Virus record (IMG/VR): IMGVR_UViG_3300045988_102159
Location: 1-64,000 of that record
Source: a virus
DNA length: 64,000 nt
Direction: 5' to 3' (one strand)
Shown: in pieces, positions 1 to 8,224 of the stretch
Position numbering within the stretch: the stretch's first letter is position 1
Layout: the number at the start of each line of letters is the position of its first letter
Notes under the pieces: model-generated
The model's database searches: none
The model's input: only the letters and a program-made list of their open reading frames with translations
Told to the model about the DNA's origin: nothing
Made by a program: the position numbers and the translations under genes

Positions 1-168
1 AATAACAAGAATAGTTACGCAGATAATTGTAATAGACCCAATATCCATTATTCTTCTTTCTCTTGGATTTTATTTAAATATATTATATAGCAAAAAAGTC
101 CCAAAGTCAATAGAAACTTTGGGACTAATTTATATTATTTTGTGTTTACTTCAATATTCAATTGTAAA

Positions 169-681
169 CTAAATTGCTTTTAGTTGGTCAATGATTGGCA
201 AAATTTGCATGTTACTTGTGCCGATAGCGTAATTTTGCTGTTCTGAAATAAATATAATTTTGTCAAACGGCTCATCGTCTTGCGGAGAGATTTTGCATCT
301 ATACATTTCAGAAATTTCTTCTTCGCTGATACGATGGTATTTATCACGATTCTTGTTACGTTCAACTGCTACATTTTTTGGAATTTCAACCCAAACGCAA
401 ACTACTTCGCAACCATTGCAATTTACATTGTTGAAAAACTTATCGCGCTCAATACGATTGATATTTCGGTCATTCGCCACAACGTAACGATGTGATTTCA
501 AAGCGATATTAACAGCATTGTAAAAACGTTTGTCAACTGTATCAGCATTTTCTGAATTATACATGCGACAATTGTCTCTCTTGATTGACATGCAATCTTC
601 ATGTGAATCTTGAATTGCCTTTGCAAATATAGATTTTCCACTCTGCGTTACGCCGCACATTAAAACTAGCGTATGCTTCAT
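169..681 (-). CDS. P-loop polynucleotide 5'-kinase-like protein (kinase domain only)
   Basis: 170-aa ORF with Walker A CGVTQSGKS near the N-terminus. Blocks IKRDN and NDRNINRIERD...VERNKNR parallel the T4 Pnk kinase-domain layout. No phosphatase domain. Confidence 0.55.
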   Translation of the reverse strand: MKHTLVLMCGVTQSGKSIFAKAIQDSHEDCMSIKRDNCRMYNSENADTVDKRFYNAVNIALKSHRYVVANDRNINRIERDKFFNNVNCNGCEVVCVWVEIPKNVAVERNKNRDKYHRISEEEISEMYRCKISPQDDEPFDKIIFISEQQNYAIGTSNMQILPIIDQLKAI

Positions 682-687
682 TTTAGC

Positions 688-1071
688 CTACCAATAGATA
701 GAATACTTACTAATAGTAATATCAATGCGGTCAATTACGGGACGGAAAAAAGTAGCTTGATAATTTGAAATACATACTACCTTATAACCAAGAGACTCTT
801 CAATGGCAGCAAAGACTTCTTTCTGCTGGTAAGTAAAGTCTTTTTTTTCTGCTGGCACTAGCTTACCGCTTTGAATAATTTCATCATAGTAATCATACTC
901 ATGAGGGAAGAAGTCTACACTATTCTTACCGTTATTGGCGGCAGCTTCAATAGTTTCCATTACAATTGTAAAATAATCGTATGTTTGAGCTTTATTAAAT
1001 CGCTCTTCCTTTTTCTTTTTTAATGCGTCATTGCGCATTTCACGTGCTTGCTCTGCTGTAATTGGTTCCAT
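688..1071 (-). CDS. hypothetical protein
   Basis: 127-aa ORF, 6 nt upstream of the kinase-like gene on the same strand. No motif recognised. Confidence 0.55.
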   Translation of the reverse strand: MEPITAEQAREMRNDALKKKKEERFNKAQTYDYFTIVMETIEAAANNGKNSVDFFPHEYDYYDEIIQSGKLVPAEKKDFTYQQKEVFAAIEESLGYKVVCISNYQATFFRPVIDRIDITISKYSIYW

Positions 1072-1167
1072 GTAATATCCTTTCTTTTATGCGTTGGCTA
1101 TATTATAAACTATAACTATAATATTTGTCAATAATTTTTTAGAGACAATTTGAGTAAAAATTTTTTC

Positions 1168-1196
1168 TTGACAAAAGATTTGAAAATCATTATACT
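1168..1196 (+). promoter_or_regulatory. sigma70-like promoter with no ORF directly downstream
   Basis: TTGACA 1168-1173, 17-nt spacer, TATACT 1191-1196. The next credible ORF starts at 1562. Confidence 0.5.
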
Positions 1197-1250
1197 TTTA
1201 ACTGGGTTGTTAAGGGGTTTACCCCTTAAATATATATAATATAATTTATA

Positions 1251-1317
1251 TTAGTTTATAATGTAATTACATTAGTTTATATATTAGTTTATATTAGTTT
1301 ATATAAAATAGTTTATA
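1251..1317. repeat. five direct copies of TTAGTTTATA (iteron-like)
   Basis: Copies at 1251, 1272, 1284, 1294 and a degenerate one at 1308. The 12-nt palindrome atgtaattacat (1261-1272) lies between copies 1 and 2. Confidence 0.7.
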
Positions 1318-1388
1318 GGTATATATTGACTTTTATATATATAAGATATATTATATAATTGTTTTATATATAAAAGATTTTATTACAA

Positions 1389-1477
1389 AGAAATTCCTGT
1401 GCTACGCACAGTAATTTCTATTAAAAGAAGAGAAAAAGGATTAAAGAAAAATAAACTACTTTGCTACGCAAAGTAGT
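1389..1477. other. two stem-loops sharing the apex tGC-TAC-GCa
   Basis: Hairpin 1 (1389-1419): agaaattcctgtgc/gcacagtaatttct, one mismatch. Hairpin 2 (1455-1477): actactttgc/gcaaagtagt, perfect 10 bp. Both have a TAC triloop and sit in a purine-rich stretch. Confidence 0.6.
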
Positions 1478-1511
1478 AAAAAGAAACAGGGAAAAGAGAA
1501 GAAAAAAGTTC

Positions 1512-1540
1512 TTGCGTGCGGCCAAAAATTTGTGTATAAT
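1512..1540 (+). promoter_or_regulatory. sigma70-like promoter
   Basis: TTGCGT 1512-1517, 17-nt spacer, TATAAT 1535-1540, just upstream of the RBS and ATG at 1562. Confidence 0.5.
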
Positions 1541-1561
1541 GTAATTACGAAAGGAAACAAA

Positions 1562-2461
1562 ATGAAAACTATAAAGGAACAAATTATTGATTATATAGAA
1601 CAACATCCTAATTGCACTACATTTGAGTGTCAAGAATCCATTGGTTGTACGATTAATTACGTTAGAATTGTCTTTAAAAAAATTGGTTATAAAGCTCCAA
1701 TAGTTCAACCAAAAAGAATTAAATACGTTGAAGGAAATGTTATAGGCGATAATAACGTATTTTTTAAACAACGTTTAGATAGTGAAAACGGAATCTTTAT
1801 ATGTCCTCTTTGTGGAAAAGAATTTGCTGGAAGTATTAGTTGCGTTGGTAAAGGACTTATTAAATCTTGTGGTTGTTTACATGATGCAGCTGCCAGAAAT
1901 AATACATTTAAAGATTTAACTGGACAAAAATTTGGAAAACTTACTGTTCAATATTGTCTTCCTTATAGTACTTCTGAAAATAGAGCGATTTGGCATTGTG
2001 TTTGTGAATGTGGTGGAGAAAAAGATGTAGTTGGTAAGTCTTTAAGACAAGGTCATACTATATCATGTGGATGCTCTAATTCAAAAGGAGAAGTAAAATT
2101 AAAACAGATATTAACTTTGTTAAAAATAAAATTTGAAGAACAAAAAACTTTTGAAGATTTTATTACTGAACATAATCGTTATTATAGATTTGATTTTTAT
2201 TTACCTGAATATAATACTTGTATAGAATATGATGGCAAACAACATTATAAAGTTACTGGTTGGCAAACAGAAGAAAAATTAGCTGATACAAAATACAAAG
2301 ACTCTATTAAGAATAGTTATTGTATTGAAAATAATATAACACTTATTAGAATTCCATATACATATTATGATGATATAAATGAAGAAACTATTTCAAATTT
2401 ATTGAAAGGGGTAAAAGATGGCACACTTCAACAAGTATGTACATTTGGAGAGGTCTACTAG
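1562..2461 (+). CDS. free-standing PD-(D/E)XK (DUF559/Vsr-like) putative homing endonuclease, paralog A
   Basis: ATG 1562 follows RBS gaaagga. Cys-rich repeats (WHCVCECGGEKDV). C-terminal block YRFDFYLPEYNTCIEYDGKQHY...LIRIPY is shared with the ORFs at 18939 and 40365. Confidence 0.6.
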   Translation: MKTIKEQIIDYIEQHPNCTTFECQESIGCTINYVRIVFKKIGYKAPIVQPKRIKYVEGNVIGDNNVFFKQRLDSENGIFICPLCGKEFAGSISCVGKGLIKSCGCLHDAAARNNTFKDLTGQKFGKLTVQYCLPYSTSENRAIWHCVCECGGEKDVVGKSLRQGHTISCGCSNSKGEVKLKQILTLLKIKFEEQKTFEDFITEHNRYYRFDFYLPEYNTCIEYDGKQHYKVTGWQTEEKLADTKYKDSIKNSYCIENNITLIRIPYTYYDDINEETISNLLKGVKDGTLQQVCTFGEVY

Positions 2462-3350
2462 GCAGGAAGTCCAAAATTTCGTTGGAAGGGACGTAATTTT
2501 ACAAGTTAAATTAGATGGTACGTCAGCTTCTATCTGGGTAGATGATAATGGAAATATCGCTTGCGGTAGCCGCACTCGTGAGATTTCTATCGAGAAGGAT
2601 AATGCTGGTTTCGCTGATTATATCGCAAATACTGATGATGCTGATGTCAAGGCACTAAAGGATTGGTTGCTTGACCATCCTAACTATATTGTATACGGAG
2701 AATGGCTAAATGGGCTGAATGGCCGCAAGTTTACTGGTACAATCAAGACTTATCTTGAGGGCGGATTCTTCATCTTCGATATTCTAAATACTGATGATGG
2801 TGAGTATATTGATTATGATGTTTGGTATCCAGTGGTAAGTAAGTTCTATCATCGTTGTGTTCCTGTTATTTGCCGCATCAGCAATATGACTTGGGACGAT
2901 GTTAATAAACATGTTGACGAGTGTACTTACAATCTTCCGAAAGGAACTATCGGAGAGGGCATCGTAATTAAGGCTTATCCTTGCGTGCGCGACCCGTGGG
3001 GTAATATCCAGATTGCCAAGATTGTCCGTGATGAGTGGCATCATGATAAGTCTAAGAAGAAGACTGTCTATACTGGTACTGATTCTTTGGAGAAGGAGTT
3101 TGTAGATAAGTATTGCACTGATGCTTTTGTCGAGAAGGAAATCAATAAGGTTCTTATCGCTCTAGATATGGACGAGATTGATTGCAAGAATGGCAAGTTC
3201 TTCGGCATGGCTATCAACAAGGTTCTTGACGAGCTTATTGAAGAGAATTTCTGGGATTTCTTCAAGAAGAATAAGGCTAATTCTGTAAAGTTGGCCGCAA
3301 TCAAGGGTCTTGCTCAGGCACGAGTGCGTGAGTACATTCTTAACAACTAA
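2418..3350 (+). CDS. ATP-dependent RNA ligase-like nucleotidyltransferase
   Basis: Motif I VKLDGTS (KxDG adenylylation lysine) and motif III-like IVYGEWL. RBS aaagggg lies before the ATG. A separate DNA ligase is encoded at 15974. Confidence 0.55.
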   Translation: MAHFNKYVHLERSTRQEVQNFVGRDVILQVKLDGTSASIWVDDNGNIACGSRTREISIEKDNAGFADYIANTDDADVKALKDWLLDHPNYIVYGEWLNGLNGRKFTGTIKTYLEGGFFIFDILNTDDGEYIDYDVWYPVVSKFYHRCVPVICRISNMTWDDVNKHVDECTYNLPKGTIGEGIVIKAYPCVRDPWGNIQIAKIVRDEWHHDKSKKKTVYTGTDSLEKEFVDKYCTDAFVEKEINKVLIALDMDEIDCKNGKFFGMAINKVLDELIEENFWDFFKKNKANSVKLAAIKGLAQARVREYILNN

Positions 3351-3381
3351 ATAAAATTTTAAGTGGGCTGTCAAATTTTTC

Positions 3382-3410
3382 TTGACGGTTCACTTTTTAT
3401 ATGTTATAAT
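3382..3410 (+). promoter_or_regulatory. sigma70-like promoter
   Basis: TTGACG 3382-3387, 17-nt spacer, TATAAT 3405-3410. Confidence 0.55.
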
Positions 3411-3448
3411 TATGCCAAAAGAAAAAAGACATTCTCTAGGGAGATTTA

Positions 3449-3661
3449 ATGACACTCGAAGATGCAATCATTCAAGGCCGACCTGAATATAAGACTTTCG
3501 ATTTATTCGGTTTAGTTAATCAAGGTGGATATACGCATTTTGTATGGCTTGGCAATGTTGACCAAGTATATGATTGCTATCAAGACCAAGAGATAGAAGC
3601 AATTAATAATTTTACAAAAGAAATTCGTTTAAAGAATATTGTAGAAGAATGGGAGTATTAA
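3449..3661 (+). CDS. hypothetical protein
   Basis: 70-aa ORF with RBS gggag, first gene after the promoter. Confidence 0.5.
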   Translation: MTLEDAIIQGRPEYKTFDLFGLVNQGGYTHFVWLGNVDQVYDCYQDQEIEAINNFTKEIRLKNIVEEWEY

Positions 3662-3664
3662 ATT

Positions 3665-3868
3665 ATGTGGATGATTTACGGCAAGCGTACTAAAGAGCCT
3701 TATATTGATAAGCAGTTCCGTATGCTTACGGCAAAAGGTATGCGCACGACTGATTCAAGCAAAGCAATGATGTTTGTTGAGAAAAATGATGCCGAAGCAT
3801 TCCTTGAGAAAGTCAAAGCTGGCAAGACTTATTACGACCCTATCTTTGAAATTCGCAAGGCTCGTTAA
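3665..3868 (+). CDS. hypothetical protein
   Basis: 67-aa ORF with RBS gggag, tightly packed. Confidence 0.5.
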   Translation: MWMIYGKRTKEPYIDKQFRMLTAKGMRTTDSSKAMMFVEKNDAEAFLEKVKAGKTYYDPIFEIRKAR

Positions 3869-4110
3869 TGTATACATATATTGGCGAAGACTGGATATAT
3901 AAAAATCTTGTGCCGCCAATGGATGTTGAACTGAAACATGGACAGAAATATGATATTCATATTGAATCTAATGCTCAGACGATATATATAAACGGTGTTC
4001 CTATGAGCACAGAAGCAACAGAAATAAGAGTCATTTTGCCGCCAACCTATCAAGCATGGATTCCATACAATCCAGCCAGATTTGTAAAAGATTGGCAGAC
4101 AAATGGATGA
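3868..4110 (+). CDS. hypothetical protein
   Basis: 80-aa ORF with a TAATG stop-start overlap with the previous ORF. Ends in TGA. Confidence 0.5.
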   Translation: MYTYIGEDWIYKNLVPPMDVELKHGQKYDIHIESNAQTIYINGVPMSTEATEIRVILPPTYQAWIPYNPARFVKDWQTNG

Positions 4111-4435
4111 TTACACTATTGTTAGCTTGCATTGTCATGAATGCGATAATGATTCATGTCCATTGTGCCGCATAGGTGAGTATGTTCCAGAAGAATCTAG
4201 ACAAGGATGCACTAGAAAATTAGACGATGATACATATGCGGAATATGAACATATAAATAATGAGATTCTACCCTTTCTCTCTCTTGGTATGTATCAAAAT
4301 GAGATTGAAAGGGTAGATGAATTTTTAAATTATGTCTATAAAAGATGTCCTATAGGTACATTTTTAGATGAAAAAGGTAAATCTGTCGGCATTAAAAAGA
4401 AAATAATTGACAAATGCAACTCTGAAATGATATAA
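4103..4435 (+). CDS. hypothetical Cys-rich protein
   Basis: 110-aa ORF overlapping the previous stop (ATGGATGA). N-terminal CHECDNDSCPLC suggests a zinc-binding motif. Confidence 0.5.
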   Translation: MDDYTIVSLHCHECDNDSCPLCRIGEYVPEESRQGCTRKLDDDTYAEYEHINNEILPFLSLGMYQNEIERVDEFLNYVYKRCPIGTFLDEKGKSVGIKKKIIDKCNSEMI

Positions 4436-4462
4436 TATAGTGGAACGAAGAAAGGAAACTAT

Positions 4463-5248
4463 ATGAATAAATCAGAGATGCTTACTTTTCTTGACAATAA
4501 GTTTCATAATTGTAATCCTGAATTCTTGAAATTGTCTCAGGTATATTTTGAAGATGAAGATGGTGACATATTTTGCGACTTCATTAAACAATTAGGAAAT
4601 AGTATGGGCGCAGATTGTGTTCATGGTGGATGTTCTAAATCTGTATTTCATTTTAATGAATTTGAAGATTATGTTTTTAAGATTCCTTATATCGGCTATG
4701 CATATATTGCAGATGAAGATACACAGTATTATAAGGATTGCGCAGAAGAAGAACGTGTACCTAGTTATTTTTGTTTCGATGATGTAACGCTGTATAAAAA
4801 CGCAAGTAATGATGGTCTTTATCCAGTAGACGCAAATGATTACTGCGCAGCAGAAGAATACATCTATCGAATGGCTCGTAAATACAAGGTTCATCAAATG
4901 CTTGCCAAAACTACGTTTCTTGGTTTTGTATGCGGCATTCCTGTATATGTTTCTGCAAATGCAGGAAAAACATATAGTCCTAAAAAGCAAAGCAATGAGA
5001 CTAGTAAGATTGCAAAAGACATGATTGATAAAAGCCGCAAAGAGCACAAAGATAGCTATAGTGAATTTTATACTACAGAGTGCGGCGTGTTTATTGAGAC
5101 ATATGGTCGCAAAGCAACTCAACGTTTTATTGATTTTCTTTATAAAGAAAAAATTTCAGATTTGCACAATGGCAACTATGGTTATGATGCTCTTGGCAAT
5201 TTGAAAATTATTGATTATTCAGGTTTCCATGACCTAGATGTTTTCTAA
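4463..5248 (+). CDS. putative protein-kinase-fold protein
   Basis: 261 aa with RBS gaaagga. Candidate catalytic loop DLHNGN followed by IIDYSG (DFG-like). Candidate VAIK-like lysine in YVFKIP. Confidence 0.35.
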   Translation: MNKSEMLTFLDNKFHNCNPEFLKLSQVYFEDEDGDIFCDFIKQLGNSMGADCVHGGCSKSVFHFNEFEDYVFKIPYIGYAYIADEDTQYYKDCAEEERVPSYFCFDDVTLYKNASNDGLYPVDANDYCAAEEYIYRMARKYKVHQMLAKTTFLGFVCGIPVYVSANAGKTYSPKKQSNETSKIAKDMIDKSRKEHKDSYSEFYTTECGVFIETYGRKATQRFIDFLYKEKISDLHNGNYGYDALGNLKIIDYSGFHDLDVF

Positions 5249-5256
5249 AATTATAC

Positions 5257-5286
5257 TTGACAAGTAATATAAACAGATGTTATAAT
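5257..5286 (+). promoter_or_regulatory. sigma70-like promoter
   Basis: TTGACA 5257-5262, 18-nt spacer, TATAAT 5281-5286. Confidence 0.55.
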
Positions 5287-5324
5287 ATAAGAAAGTTTTC
5301 CTTCCAAGAGAAAGTGATAATTAT

Positions 5325-6755
5325 ATGTCTAAGTTTAATGAAAAGATTAAGCCAGAGCGCGCTATGTCATACGAGGGCGGCGATAATTACAAGAAGGATG
5401 TTCTTGAAGATTGGATGAACTTCCTTTTCTCTAGCAAGATGGACGATGGTTTCTATGAGAATGCCGCTACGCAGCAGACTCGTTTCATCGAGCTTACCAA
5501 TCTTGTAATTGATAAGTATGGTGCTGAGTTTGCCGGAAAGTGCGCTATGTTTGCGCGAAATCAACTAGGTATGCGTAGTGTTTCACATCTTGTTGCGGCA
5601 ATGCTGAATGGTCAGAGCTTTGAGCGCAAGCGCGATTTCTACAAGGCTTTTTGTCATCGTCCTGATGACATGTCTGAGATTTTCGCTGCTGTTGACATGC
5701 TTGGCGGCAAGCGTTCTCATGCTATGGTTCGTGGATTTGCAGACTATATGTCTGGTCTTTCTGAGTATAATCTTATGAAGTATCAGATGAAGGGCAAGCG
5801 CTATAACATGTATGACCTTATCAATATCATTCATCCTAAGAGTGATATTGTTGATGATTACATGAATGGTAAGCTAGAAGCGGCTGATACTTGGGAAGTC
5901 AATATCTCCACTGGCAAGGATAGCTGGAAGAACATGGTTGAGGGTAATCGTCTCGGTTATCTTGCTCTTATCCGCAATTTGAATAACATTCTTTCAGATA
6001 ATGTTGATGATGAATGGATTAAGCGCAATCTTGTAGACCAGCTTATCAATGAAGTTTCTATCAAGAAGTCTCTTGTATTTCCTTATCAGATTTATACCGC
6101 TTATCGTAATCTGAAGATTCAGAACTTTGCTGTCATTACGGCGCTTGATACTGCTTTCCGTATTGCCTGCGGCAACATGCCTAAGCTGGAAGGTAATTCC
6201 GTTATCATGCTTGATGTCTCTGGTTCGATGGAAGACCGATACGGAAATAAGTCTAATCTTACCATTAAGGAAGTAGGCGCTTGCTATGCTGCTGCTCTAT
6301 ACATCAATGGTAACTGCGATTTTGTAAAGTTCGGCAACGATGCAAAGTCTGCAACTTTTAAGAAGGCTTGCGGACCGTTCCAAGTCATTCGTGAAATGTG
6401 TGAGAACGATAATTGCGGTTATGGAACTGATATTGCTCCTGCTTTCGGTATTATCAGTGACAAAAAGTACGACCGCATCTTCGTTATCTCTGACATGCAG
6501 GTGATGGCAAGGCAGTACACTTATTGGGGATACAGCACTGACGGTATGCGTAACTATAATAATTACTGCGCCGCACATGGCCGCACGATTCTTTATAGTT
6601 TCGACCTCGGCAACTATTCTAGTCAGATTGCTAATCCTAATAATTCTGACGTTCACCTAATGACAGCTCTGAATGATAACGTTTTCAAGATGCTTGAGTA
6701 TGTAGAAAATGGTGGTAATCTGTACGACTACATCAACGATAACTACCATTTCTAA
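5325..6755 (+). CDS. TROVE/Ro60-like protein with C-terminal vWA domain
   Basis: 476 aa. N-terminal SYEGGDNYKKDVLEDWMNFLF...FYE resembles the TROVE start. MIDAS motif MLDVSGSM and later ISDMQ match a vWA domain. Size and order fit bacterial Rsr. Confidence 0.6.
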   Translation: MSKFNEKIKPERAMSYEGGDNYKKDVLEDWMNFLFSSKMDDGFYENAATQQTRFIELTNLVIDKYGAEFAGKCAMFARNQLGMRSVSHLVAAMLNGQSFERKRDFYKAFCHRPDDMSEIFAAVDMLGGKRSHAMVRGFADYMSGLSEYNLMKYQMKGKRYNMYDLINIIHPKSDIVDDYMNGKLEAADTWEVNISTGKDSWKNMVEGNRLGYLALIRNLNNILSDNVDDEWIKRNLVDQLINEVSIKKSLVFPYQIYTAYRNLKIQNFAVITALDTAFRIACGNMPKLEGNSVIMLDVSGSMEDRYGNKSNLTIKEVGACYAAALYINGNCDFVKFGNDAKSATFKKACGPFQVIREMCENDNCGYGTDIAPAFGIISDKKYDRIFVISDMQVMARQYTYWGYSTDGMRNYNNYCAAHGRTILYSFDLGNYSSQIANPNNSDVHLMTALNDNVFKMLEYVENGGNLYDYINDNYHF

Positions 6756-6771
6756 TTTCTTTCTTTTGGTA

Positions 6772-6797
6772 AAGGCACCCACGAGGGTGCCTTTTTT
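6772..6797 (+). terminator. intrinsic terminator
   Basis: aaggcaccc-acga-gggtgcctt followed by a T-run. Confidence 0.75.
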
Positions 6798-6800
6798 GTA

Positions 6801-6829
6801 TTGACACTGATTAATAAATCTGTTATAAT
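6801..6829 (+). promoter_or_regulatory. sigma70-like promoter
   Basis: TTGACA 6801-6806, 17-nt spacer, TATAAT 6824-6829. Confidence 0.6.
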
Positions 6830-6854
6830 ACATATATAGAGAAAGGATATAGAA

Positions 6855-7706
6855 ATGGCAGAAAAGTTAGATAAGATTCAGAACAGGGTCGAAGAGCATC
6901 TTGATGCTATCATTGACACAGGAAAGTATTCGCAGTATCCGTATCTTGTATGCGCCGCAAATGGCTCAATGAATTATAATCTATGGGACGAAGAGTCTGA
7001 TGTTGATACAAAATTGCTTATGATTCCAACAGCATATGATTTGTTTTTGGATAAGAAGCATCTTAATAAAGTTGAGATTATGGATAATGGCGAGCATTGT
7101 ACCGTAAAAGATTTTCGAGATTATTTTAAGATTATCCATAAGGCAAATATTAACTTCTTGGAGATTCTTTGTACTGAGTATTACGTTGTGAATCCTCAGT
7201 ATAAGATTTATTGGGAATACCTTCGTAAACATTGTGATGATATTGCTAACCTTAATCCGCAGAAGCTAATCTTTTCTTCTCTTGGAATGGCTATGGAAAA
7301 GGCAAAAAAGATTTGCCATGATTCTCCTGCAAACCATGAGCTGATTGAAAAGTACGGATATGTGGCAAAGGAACTACATCATATCATGCGACTGTATCTG
7401 TTTGTCAAGCGTTATCTTATTGATGGAGCATCATTCTCAGAAGCTATCTGGATTGATGAACGTAATTCTTTAGGCAAAGAGAACCTATATCGTGATGAAA
7501 TGATGGCTATTAAACGTTATGGTATTATCTATTCGTCAGAAGATGCAAAGGCAAAGGCAGAACACTATGTAATGAAAATGGATGAGCTTATTGAGAATAA
7601 TTCTAAGTTTATTCCTGAGCCGTCTAAGGATGCGGCAGATGCACTTGAATCGACTCAGTTCTGTATCATGAATGCTTATATATCCGCAGCCTATAATAAA
7701 CGATAA
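6855..7706 (+). CDS. Pol-beta-superfamily nucleotidyltransferase (RlaP-like)
   Basis: 283 aa. NGSMNYNLWDEESDVDTKLLMIP gives the GS...DxD pattern in the arrangement typical of the RlaP/Nuc-transf family found in RNA-repair operons. Confidence 0.5.
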   Translation: MAEKLDKIQNRVEEHLDAIIDTGKYSQYPYLVCAANGSMNYNLWDEESDVDTKLLMIPTAYDLFLDKKHLNKVEIMDNGEHCTVKDFRDYFKIIHKANINFLEILCTEYYVVNPQYKIYWEYLRKHCDDIANLNPQKLIFSSLGMAMEKAKKICHDSPANHELIEKYGYVAKELHHIMRLYLFVKRYLIDGASFSEAIWIDERNSLGKENLYRDEMMAIKRYGIIYSSEDAKAKAEHYVMKMDELIENNSKFIPEPSKDAADALESTQFCIMNAYISAAYNKR

Positions 7707-7717
7707 GGAGAAAACAA

Positions 7718-8128
7718 ATGTCGCATTGTCAGCTTACAGATTGCTATTGGAATGAGGAAACTAAGGTAGCATCAGTTACTATTACTTCACAATGGGGTAA
7801 ATTCGTTGAATACGCTAAGCCACATGATGAAGATATGGACGTTGCTAATAAGTGGATTGGTTGGAGCATTGCCGAATACAAGTGCCGCATGAAGTTACAG
7901 CAGAAGCGTGCGGCAGCTATGCGTGAACGTTATAACGGTCTTGTGGCTTATGAGGACCAACTTTGGTATTCATTTAAGTACAATGATGCACTTCGCTATG
8001 CCAAAAAGGATTGGTATGATGCTCGTGATAAGTATCGTGCTTTAAAGAATAATTTCCATGCATTTTGTAAAGACCAAGTAGAAAGCCGCAGGAAGTTTTT
8101 AGAGGATTTAGAGAAAAAGGGACTGTAA
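7718..8128 (+). CDS. hypothetical protein
   Basis: 136-aa ORF with RBS aaggag. Confidence 0.5.
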   Translation: MSHCQLTDCYWNEETKVASVTITSQWGKFVEYAKPHDEDMDVANKWIGWSIAEYKCRMKLQQKRAAAMRERYNGLVAYEDQLWYSFKYNDALRYAKKDWYDARDKYRALKNNFHAFCKDQVESRRKFLEDLEKKGL

Positions 8129-8172
8129 CTTATGATTGGTGTCGATTGCTATAATCGGCATCCATTTTTTTG

Positions 8173-8201
8173 TTGACAATTGAAAATGAAAATGATATAA
8201 T
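8173..8201 (+). promoter_or_regulatory. sigma70-like promoter
   Basis: TTGACA 8173-8178, 17-nt spacer, TATAAT 8196-8201, preceded by an imperfect hairpin plus T-run. Confidence 0.6.
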
Positions 8202-8224
8202 ATCTGTAAATAGAAAGGAGATTC

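Noticed and set aside
1251-1317. Possible CRISPR array
   Set aside because: The repeats are only 10 nt, nearly contiguous, and have no spacers of CRISPR size. No cas genes are present.
1421-1771. 116-aa minus-strand ORF spanning the noncoding region and the start of the endonuclease-like gene
   Set aside because: Low-complexity F/L/N-rich translation of AT- and purine-rich DNA. It overlaps hairpins, a promoter and a better plus-strand gene, and has no RBS.
4592-5122. 176-aa antisense ORF inside the kinase-like gene
   Set aside because: It lies entirely inside a better-supported plus-strand gene within a unidirectional operon. Its composition is typical of antisense frames.
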